From positions 20,451 through 84,450 of the IMG/VR virus record IMGVR_UViG_3300048818_000054: a stretch of DNA of 64,000 nucleotides. One strand, written 5' to 3'. The DNA is from a virus. Positions 46,078-53,327 of this stretch are shown in pieces; the first letter of the stretch is position 1, and each line of letters starts with the position of its first letter. Both the position numbers and the translations under genes were made by a program. The notes under the pieces are model-generated. The model searched no databases. It was not told the DNA's origin and was given only the letters and a program-made list of their open reading frames with translations.

Positions 46078-48054
46078 TCAAATTCGATCTATGGGTGCTC
46101 CGTCGTCATTCACGTTCTGAATGTCCGATATCGGGTTGCTTGAGTCAGGCTTTATGTCGTCATAGTCCTGCGAAAGCTGGCCTGCCGCGCTCTGCCTCTT
46201 GCCCTTCTTCTTGGGAGCATTCGGGGAACGGTCATCGTCGGACGGGTCTTCTTTCTCAACATTCTTGTCCTTGAAGTCATCAACGATCTTCTGAGCCTTG
46301 TCATAATCGCCAGCGGTGAAAGCGTCGTCAGCCTCCTTGAACATGGACGGGTCGGTTATCTCGAAGCGTGCCCACATGAGCGTGTCAATCTCGCTTTCGC
46401 TCCAATCTTTCGCTGTTTCAGCATCCGTTGAAATGGCGTCATCTGGTGAAGTCTCCGCGATGGCGAGCGCTGCATCGTAATCGCCGTCGTCATAGGCGGA
46501 CTGCGCGCTGTCCTTCAAATCCCCGTCGTCAAGGTCTTCAATCGCGCCTTGCAGAGCTTCGGTCTTCGCGTCATCGTCCCACCCGGCTAGGTCTTCGGCG
46601 TCAACTTCATCGCCTTCGACACCCAATGCAGCAACTCCATCCAGCAAATCACTAACAAGGTCTTCTCCCTCTTCGGAAAGCTCACCGGGCTCTTTCGTGC
46701 TGGCCGGAACCAACATGCCACGGCAGTTCGGGTGATAGGGCGGCGAGCCGTAGCCGGCCGCCTGTAGTTCATCTGGCGTCATGCCGGCGAGGTCTTCGAG
46801 GTCAGGCCATGGTGCCATGGACGCCAACTCGTCGGGGTCGGACGTGCCCAACGTTTGCATGAGCCGGCCGCTCTGCTCGGCAACGTCGAACTGCATCCCG
46901 TCCATGTACTGGCAAACGTCGCACGTCTTGTCGTCAAGAATTTCGCTGACCTCATAGGTGGTTGAGCCTTCGTCCGACGCCTGAGACAGGAAGCCCAGCG
47001 ATATGAGACGCGAGGTAGTGAGACCGGCCTGCGTGTCGATTGGCACGGTCCCGCCGCTGGCTACAGCCGCATTAAGCTGGTCTGCAAGCGTCTCAAGTGC
47101 CGCCTCGGCCTTAATCAAGTCCTCTTCACGCACCTGATAAGTGCCGTTGTAATTGCGGACCATGCGGACAGGTAGCAATCGATATAGGGTCGCAATGTCG
47201 CGGTTGCGGAGCGCCTGTAAGGCGTACTCTTTGTCTGACTGGTCACGGATGCGATCGATGGCGTCGTGCCACGCGAGCACTTCGGCCGAGGTCATGCCTT
47301 CGTTGTCTTCGTCCTCGGCCTTCAGCACGTCCTCTTCAAGGTCATCCTGCCAGTCTGTATTGATCTCTTGGAAAATCTCAGGGCCGAATTCGAGCGGGCC
47401 GTCATAAGCCTTGATGGCGGACAGGTCCAAGTCTTCAGGCGCAGCATAGGTGATGGTGACGTGGGACTGGTAAGGTACGAAGCTATGATGGCAGCCCAGC
47501 ACGCGCAGATACGAATGCCGCCTAATCAGGTCCGCGTTTTGGAACGTCATCACGACCGCATCCCCGAACTGCTCAATGGTTCGGTTTTCCGTGTCATAGG
47601 CGAACAGGTGACCTGAGCCGCCCTCGCCCATGTTCTCCCAATCCACCGGGTCTTTCGAATAGACGACGGTGACGTGCATGTCATCGGCGGGGAGCGTGCT
47701 CGTAAATCCAGCCTCTTTCGCCCAAGCAAGCAGAGGTTCTGTGTTCACAAGGTCTCGACGGATGTAAAGCGTCTTGTCAAATTTCTTGAGCTTGCGCTTC
47801 CGCTTGTAGGGGGCCTGCTTCTGCTCGGGCTCGGCAAGGCCGCCCGTCACCGCTAGCGACACCGAGCTTATGTCATCTTTTTTGAGTTCTTTTTTTTTAG
47901 CTTTGGGCATGTCGGGAAGGCGCGCGAGCGCGGCCGATGAAGTGTCTTCGGTTTTGTCGAGCAGACGACGGTATTCAACGGCCGCAGCCGTCTGAACCGG
48001 GTCATCCTTCAGTTTTGACAAAATCGCCGCGATTTCCACGTTTCCATACCTCAC
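46078..48054 (-). CDS. fusion: Acb1-like 2H phosphoesterase + MuF/gp7-like head morphogenesis domain
   Basis: TLYIRR...MHVTVVYS...SHVTITY...FGPEIF (two HxT motifs); LDDKTCDVC...PPYHPNCRG (MuF). Confidence 0.85.
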   Translation of the reverse strand: MRYGNVEIAAILSKLKDDPVQTAAAVEYRRLLDKTEDTSSAALARLPDMPKAKKKELKKDDISSVSLAVTGGLAEPEQKQAPYKRKRKLKKFDKTLYIRRDLVNTEPLLAWAKEAGFTSTLPADDMHVTVVYSKDPVDWENMGEGGSGHLFAYDTENRTIEQFGDAVVMTFQNADLIRRHSYLRVLGCHHSFVPYQSHVTITYAAPEDLDLSAIKAYDGPLEFGPEIFQEINTDWQDDLEEDVLKAEDEDNEGMTSAEVLAWHDAIDRIRDQSDKEYALQALRNRDIATLYRLLPVRMVRNYNGTYQVREEDLIKAEAALETLADQLNAAVASGGTVPIDTQAGLTTSRLISLGFLSQASDEGSTTYEVSEILDDKTCDVCQYMDGMQFDVAEQSGRLMQTLGTSDPDELASMAPWPDLEDLAGMTPDELQAAGYGSPPYHPNCRGMLVPASTKEPGELSEEGEDLVSDLLDGVAALGVEGDEVDAEDLAGWDDDAKTEALQGAIEDLDDGDLKDSAQSAYDDGDYDAALAIAETSPDDAISTDAETAKDWSESEIDTLMWARFEITDPSMFKEADDAFTAGDYDKAQKIVDDFKDKNVEKEDPSDDDRSPNAPKKKGKRQSAAGQLSQDYDDIKPDSSNPISDIQNVNDDGAPIDRI

Positions 48055-49180
48055 TCGAAGCCGTCATCCCGGACTTCGCCAGACCGTCAAACGCCGCACG
48101 GGGCTTGTCCCCATAGGCAGCAACCACATTGGGCGGGATGTAGCGCCCGGTCGCGAAATAGCGCTCTATGACCGAAGTTGCCGACGTTGCGTGTGACACG
48201 TCAATCAATTTCACATGGACGGTGTAGCCCTGACTAACCAATTTCTGGGTGTCCTGCAACACCTTCTCCGGGCTGTCAATTCTGGGCCATACGATGTTAT
48301 CGCCGTTCGCCGTAGCGCGCGCAAGCACGTCGTCAGTGATCGCGCCGGCCTCTTCATGAACTGCCCGCGCGCCGAGGCCGCCAGAGAATTCCGGAAGCTT
48401 CTCCTTGGCAAGATCGTTGTCTATTTCGAGCGTGCCGGCCAAACGCAACGGTTCTGAGAACGTGCTCTTCCCAGCCCCCGGCAAGCCTAGGATGATGGTG
48501 GCCTCATGGCCTTGCACCCTGATCCCAATATCCTTGTTATAGAGGTCATCGGCTATGCTCTTCCGCAAACCTACGCGATCTTCGGTCGCCAGCAAGTAAG
48601 TCTCCGGAATGGCGTCGGCCAAGGTTTGCGCTCGCGTCAGACCAGCAACGATCTCTTCGTTGGTCATTTTGTCGGTGAAGGGGGTATAACTCTTCGCTTT
48701 CGGCGCAGCCGTCGCGCTCGCGCTGGCAAAGCGCCCACGTTCGTCATGGTTGCCGTTGAACTTCTGAAGCCGGGTGTGCCGCTCCGATTGGGCCGTGATG
48801 AAGTCGTGCAACTTCCGTGCCAGATAATCCCGTCCCTTGACCTCAACCGCATGGACAAGCTGGTCGATCGCGTTGTGAAGCTCTTGCGGAAGGGCCTTAC
48901 CTTTGGCGTATACCGTCGTCAGCAAGTCGCCGGTTTGATGGTGGGCTCCGAATAGCAACGCCGCCGTGGCAAGCTCTTCGATCTTAGGGCGCACGTTCGA
49001 CACAATGCCGACCAGCGACATACGCGCAACAATGCCTTGCGCCTCTGCGAATTTGCCTGCGCGTAGGAGAGGGTGAAGGTCTCCGACGATGCTGCGCGCC
49101 ACCTTGTCCCATTGCGCGCGCATCGCGGCGGCCATGGTCCGCTCGATAGCGAGGTAAGCTTGGGGCGCGGCGGTGCTCAC
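48002..49180 (-). CDS. fusion: MuF N-terminal-like helical region + zeta-toxin-like P-loop kinase
   Basis: GLPGAGKST, IDND.AK, VHEEA, GY.V.V..I.V...S..RYF.TGR.IP. Confidence 0.75.
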   Translation of the reverse strand: MSTAAPQAYLAIERTMAAAMRAQWDKVARSIVGDLHPLLRAGKFAEAQGIVARMSLVGIVSNVRPKIEELATAALLFGAHHQTGDLLTTVYAKGKALPQELHNAIDQLVHAVEVKGRDYLARKLHDFITAQSERHTRLQKFNGNHDERGRFASASATAAPKAKSYTPFTDKMTNEEIVAGLTRAQTLADAIPETYLLATEDRVGLRKSIADDLYNKDIGIRVQGHEATIILGLPGAGKSTFSEPLRLAGTLEIDNDLAKEKLPEFSGGLGARAVHEEAGAITDDVLARATANGDNIVWPRIDSPEKVLQDTQKLVSQGYTVHVKLIDVSHATSATSVIERYFATGRYIPPNVVAAYGDKPRAAFDGLAKSGMTASSEVWKRGNRGDFVKTEG

Positions 49181-50022
49181 GCCTTGGCTCGCAGCCGGTC
49201 CCGCGCATAGCGGATCGAAGCGGAGTCATTCGCTTGGTCAAGGTATTTGAGTTCGGCCCGACCGCCCGGATTGGCGCTCGCGGCGGCGTGCGCGTCGCGC
49301 CCTATGTACGTGAGTTCGGCGTCTGTCTTGTCATGGTAGGGGTGGTCATAGAGCAATCCAGACTGCTTGACCTTCGACTCCACCGTTTGCGTCTCCGATG
49401 AAAAACGGCCGTCCGGACCATGATTGTCATTGGACTTGCTAACCCCGGAGTTGGCTTGGCCGTAATTGAACTTGTCCTTCGGGGCGAAGGTGAAATTCTC
49501 GTCGTCTTCTAGGGACTGGCGCAGTTGCTCGGCCGCCAAATCCGCGTCTGATGCGGTTGTCCCATTGCCTACCGCGAAGCGCCCGCGTTCGTCGCGCGGC
49601 TGATCTTCGCTGCCTTTTTCCAGCTTGCCCTTGGCGTTGAAGCCGTCTGTCGCCTTCGAGCGGGTGTTGGCGTCCTTCGCCATATCGACGGCAGCGTTAT
49701 AGGACGCCTTGGCGGGCTCCGTCGCGCCGTTGCGGGCATGGTCACCGGCTCGGCTGAACGTGTCGGCGGCGACGCGCGCCGCGATCGACGCTGAGTGGTG
49801 AAGCGCGGCCACGTCGCTTGTCGGGTCATTGGCATAAATGGCGTTGCCTTGATTGGCGTGCCAGACGGCCATTTGCCCGTAGCGCTCGGCAGCCGCGTCG
49901 GCGCGGTCAGCCGTGGTATGCAACGGCTCTTCGTCCGTGCTCGGCATCGTGTACATGCCCTTGCCGGCCGCGAACGGGTTTGCGGCCTTGAACATGGGGA
50001 CCAAGCGGTTGAAGTAAGCCAT
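49177..50022 (-). CDS. putative virion internal protein with RDERGRF / NHGPDGRF motifs
   Basis: GAGG RBS before MAYFNRL. Confidence 0.65.
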   Translation of the reverse strand: MAYFNRLVPMFKAANPFAAGKGMYTMPSTDEEPLHTTADRADAAAERYGQMAVWHANQGNAIYANDPTSDVAALHHSASIAARVAADTFSRAGDHARNGATEPAKASYNAAVDMAKDANTRSKATDGFNAKGKLEKGSEDQPRDERGRFAVGNGTTASDADLAAEQLRQSLEDDENFTFAPKDKFNYGQANSGVSKSNDNHGPDGRFSSETQTVESKVKQSGLLYDHPYHDKTDAELTYIGRDAHAAASANPGGRAELKYLDQANDSASIRYARDRLRAKA

Positions 50023-50032
50023 GGCCGTTTCC

Positions 50033-50431
50033 TCAGAGCGCCTTCGTATTCTTGTCGGCGGTGTTCGCCCAGCCCCGCGCGGACTTGACGTATTCGCCAG
50101 CGGTCTTCGTGTCGCCGGCCAGCGTGGCCTTCGAGGCTTCTCCGAAGTAGCTCGCGGCCTGCTTGTGAGCGCCGGCAAGCACGGCGTGATCCTGCGCCGG
50201 ACCCTGCATCCCGCCCTTGGTCATGGCACCGTTGATCTGGTCGTGGAGGTCGGCCTGCGCGGCGTGGGCCTTCCCGCAATTGGCCTGCATGGCGGCTCCG
50301 CCGCAATCGGCGCTTCCGTCATCGCCTGACTGGAAAGTCGAGGTTGCGGCGGCGGCCTTCGCCAGCCCAACCTTTTCATCCTCAAGCTCGGCGTCGGTCT
50401 TTATGACCGGGTGTTTCGTGAAAAAAGCCAT
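50033..50431 (-). CDS. putative virion internal protein (Ala-rich helical)
   Basis: GAGG RBS before MAFFTKH. Confidence 0.6.
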   Translation of the reverse strand: MAFFTKHPVIKTDAELEDEKVGLAKAAAATSTFQSGDDGSADCGGAAMQANCGKAHAAQADLHDQINGAMTKGGMQGPAQDHAVLAGAHKQAASYFGEASKATLAGDTKTAGEYVKSARGWANTADKNTKAL

Positions 50432-50441
50432 GGTCCTGTCC

Positions 50442-51182
50442 TCACTGGTTCGTGTTGTCTTCATTGGCGGAATTCCCGCCCGAATTGTTGTACCCGGCCT
50501 GAGCCTCTGCAACGGCAGACGCGGCCTGCTCCTTCTGCGGATAAGAGCCGGTCACTTTCCCGGTCGGAAGGTGATGCGCGGCGAAGCCACCGGCCGGCAT
50601 GGCGACAACGTGGCCCACGGTCTTGCCGGTCTTCTTGTCCTGCATTTCGTTGACGTGTGGGTTGTCCTTGGGGTCTTTCATGGTCATTTGCGAGCGCATG
50701 TCCGCGCCCGACACCTGAGCGCCACTGTTATTCTGGCCGCCCGCGCCAGAGGTCGTGTCCTGAGAACTGGCCGCTGCCGTCTCGCCGCCATTGTTCATGG
50801 GCTCACCCTTTTTCACGCTCCAGTACTTCTCAGGGTCGGAGCCGGCCGCCACAAACTTTTCATGAATGCTGGCTAGCTTGCTCTGGGCGTCTTCTTTGCT
50901 TGGGAGTTGGGTAGCCATGGAGCCAGTTTTGTCGTGAGAGGCCATCCACTTACCAGACGGCAGCTTAGACACGTCGCCTACGCGCTTGCCGTCGCCGTCA
51001 TAGGAGCGGTGCGTCTCAACCGGGTTAGGATTGGCATCTGTCACCTTCGCGGTAACATCCTTCGACGTGAGCCCGCCACCGCTGCCCGAGCTAAAATTCC
51101 CGTCCGGGCCATGGTTTTCGTTGCCCTTCACCAAAGTTTCTTCGGCGGTCTTAACGAGGGCGATGCGATGAAGGAACGTCAT
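50442..51182 (-). CDS. putative virion internal protein with NHGPDGNF motif
   Basis: GAGG RBS before MTFLHRI. Confidence 0.6.
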   Translation of the reverse strand: MTFLHRIALVKTAEETLVKGNENHGPDGNFSSGSGGGLTSKDVTAKVTDANPNPVETHRSYDGDGKRVGDVSKLPSGKWMASHDKTGSMATQLPSKEDAQSKLASIHEKFVAAGSDPEKYWSVKKGEPMNNGGETAAASSQDTTSGAGGQNNSGAQVSGADMRSQMTMKDPKDNPHVNEMQDKKTGKTVGHVVAMPAGGFAAHHLPTGKVTGSYPQKEQAASAVAEAQAGYNNSGGNSANEDNTNQ

Positions 51183-51192
51183 GGCGGTATCC

Positions 51193-53268
51193 TCAATGCG
51201 TGTGATGGCCCAGCACGTCGAACGTGCAGGCGGTAAGCTCAGCAAGGCCGTCCGGGTCAAGGGACGGATCGACAAACATCAACTCGGTAGCCATCGCCAT
51301 GATACGGGCTTGTGACTCGCCGTCCATGCGCTGGAAATAGCCCATGGACTTGTTCAGTTGGACAAAATCACGTTTCCGAAGCGACTTCAATAGATCGTGG
51401 GCAAGCTCTAGGCCGGTAGCGGGCATTCCGTCGTCAGCCTTCTTGGCGTTTGACGCGGCGCTGGCATTGTTCCCGGCCGGCGTCTTGACCTTCGGTACCG
51501 GGATGGGGCCGGGCGACTTGCCGTTCTTACCGGGCGCGCCGGGCAGACGGCCCGCGCCGAGAGCCGGCGACACGGGTTGCGGGTTGATGGGTTTGATGGG
51601 CTGCTTGCCGGCCGCGCCGGCAGGACCGGCCGCTGCGCCCATGGGGCCTGCCGCTGCACCGCCAGCGCCCGCGACGGCAACGGCCGCCTTGACGCCACCC
51701 GGAATTTCCTTGATCTGCCCCGTGTCCGGATCGACGGCATGAGTGGTGCCGGGGGGAATGGGTTGCGGAGCGGGCGGCTGTATCTGGTCGGACAGCGTTT
51801 GCGCGTCCGGCGACACCTTCATCTTGATCCCGACGATCTCGTTGATGACCTCGATAATATCGGCCGGCTCGACTTGCTGCATGGTCGAAATGATCTCAAC
51901 GCCCTGAAGCTTGAGGGTCGCGTCTTCGATGACCAGAGGCTTCGATCGCAAGCAAAAGTCGTTAAACTTCATCGCCTTGAGCAACTTCATGGTGATGATC
52001 GTGTCGAAGTCATCGCGCTCCGGTTTGAACACCTGAGCCTCGGCAACCACGTACGAAGCGAAGGCGGTCGCGAAATTGTAGCTCTCGGCCTGCCCCATGA
52101 AGATGGGCGGCATACGGAAGGCGCGCAGCACGCGCTCAGTGCAGCGCTTGTCATAGTCCTCAAACATGCTGTCCTTGGTCCTGTCGCCACCGAAGCGCTC
52201 GACGGTGACGGTCGCCTTGGGCGGCCCGCCATCGGTTGAGCCGCCCGTGGGCTCGACCTCTAGGACTTGGACATGGTTGTTCTTGGCGGCCGATCCGGCA
52301 TTCATGCGCTGGATCGCCGCGCGGGTCTCGGCCTGAAGTGAGCCGCCCTGAAGGATAATCATGACCGGTGGAACGCCGCCGCGATTGAAGAATTCTAGGT
52401 TGAACTCTTCGGCCTTGCGCGAGCCGAGCACCGAGGGAAGCTGCGCTATCCAGCGCGGGATACCGTAGGGCGTATGGGAGTCCAAGATCACAATGAAGTG
52501 CATAATCTCCGTCGCGCGCATGTTCGCGGGAAGCTGTTGCCCCATGGGAGCCCAAACGGCGGTCTTCTTGTGTAGGTCACGGACCGAGCCGAAGTCCTTG
52601 AAATACATGAGCGACACGCCGTTCACAAGCTGGCAATACCGACGCTCGCGGGTCATAACATTCAGTGTCGTTTCCTTGCCTCCCCGGAAAACCTTCTGAG
52701 GAATAGACACGGCGTCATCAAGGCGCAGCATACGCATCATCTTGGCGTCAACGCGGCGAAACATGACAATTTCGTTCGACGCGTTTCGCAACACTTCAAT
52801 GAACCCGTTGCCGGTACGCTCAAGATCGCGGCGGAGCAAAGCGCGTATCTGGCGGAATGAAACGCCCGGCCACGGTTCGTCAAAGAATTCGTTCAGGGCG
52901 TCAATCTGCGTATCGTCGGCGTCATCGTCCGTCGTGTCGTCATCCTTGCTCTCGAAGGTGTAGCCGGTGCCTTCGCAATTGGTCACCATGGCCTCAATGC
53001 AAGGCGATAGGGTATTGTTTTCCTGACTCAATCGGTCAAGCGTGCGGAGCGAGAACGGAGGCTGGATAATGCCTTGGTCACGGGTCGCGCCGACGTAAAG
53101 TTGCTGGTATTCGTCTTCCGGCTCGAAGGCATTCGGCTGAACCGCGCCATCGGGATTGTTGCCACCATTCGGCCCCAAATCCTTGAGGATTTGCGTCGAG
53201 CGGTCCGCAGAGACCAAGCGAAAGATTTGAGCGGACGGTTTCGCGTCCTTCTTGATCTCGTCAACCAT
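51193..53268 (-). CDS. portal protein (PBSX-like) with long Pro/Ala/Gly-rich C-terminal extension
   Basis: PPFSL..L, RDLE.TGNGF.EV.RN, YGIPRW, FF.RGGVP, RAFRMPP..MG...YN.ATA. Confidence 0.92.
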   Translation of the reverse strand: MVDEIKKDAKPSAQIFRLVSADRSTQILKDLGPNGGNNPDGAVQPNAFEPEDEYQQLYVGATRDQGIIQPPFSLRTLDRLSQENNTLSPCIEAMVTNCEGTGYTFESKDDDTTDDDADDTQIDALNEFFDEPWPGVSFRQIRALLRRDLERTGNGFIEVLRNASNEIVMFRRVDAKMMRMLRLDDAVSIPQKVFRGGKETTLNVMTRERRYCQLVNGVSLMYFKDFGSVRDLHKKTAVWAPMGQQLPANMRATEIMHFIVILDSHTPYGIPRWIAQLPSVLGSRKAEEFNLEFFNRGGVPPVMIILQGGSLQAETRAAIQRMNAGSAAKNNHVQVLEVEPTGGSTDGGPPKATVTVERFGGDRTKDSMFEDYDKRCTERVLRAFRMPPIFMGQAESYNFATAFASYVVAEAQVFKPERDDFDTIITMKLLKAMKFNDFCLRSKPLVIEDATLKLQGVEIISTMQQVEPADIIEVINEIVGIKMKVSPDAQTLSDQIQPPAPQPIPPGTTHAVDPDTGQIKEIPGGVKAAVAVAGAGGAAAGPMGAAAGPAGAAGKQPIKPINPQPVSPALGAGRLPGAPGKNGKSPGPIPVPKVKTPAGNNASAASNAKKADDGMPATGLELAHDLLKSLRKRDFVQLNKSMGYFQRMDGESQARIMAMATELMFVDPSLDPDGLAELTACTFDVLGHHTH

Positions 53269-53308
53269 GGCTTCCTCGTCTTCGAAAACCAAATCTCAGA
53301 CCAAAGAT

Positions 53309-53322
53309 TGCAACTAGTTGCA
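53309..53322. repeat. palindrome TGCAACTAGTTGCA, copy 8
   Basis: Between DNA polymerase stop and portal start. Confidence 0.9.
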
Positions 53323-53327
53323 CAAAC

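Noticed and set aside
50033-51275. Longer ORF-track starts for many genes (e.g. 50512, 51275, 58459, 11243, 39857)
   Set aside because: Downstream ATG/GTG codons have clear SD sequences or stop-start overlaps, and the extensions overlap neighbouring genes.
4868-53322. Palindrome copies as CRISPR repeats or IS ends
   Set aside because: They are dispersed singly over kilobases with no spacer periodicity, and there is no transposase or target duplication.
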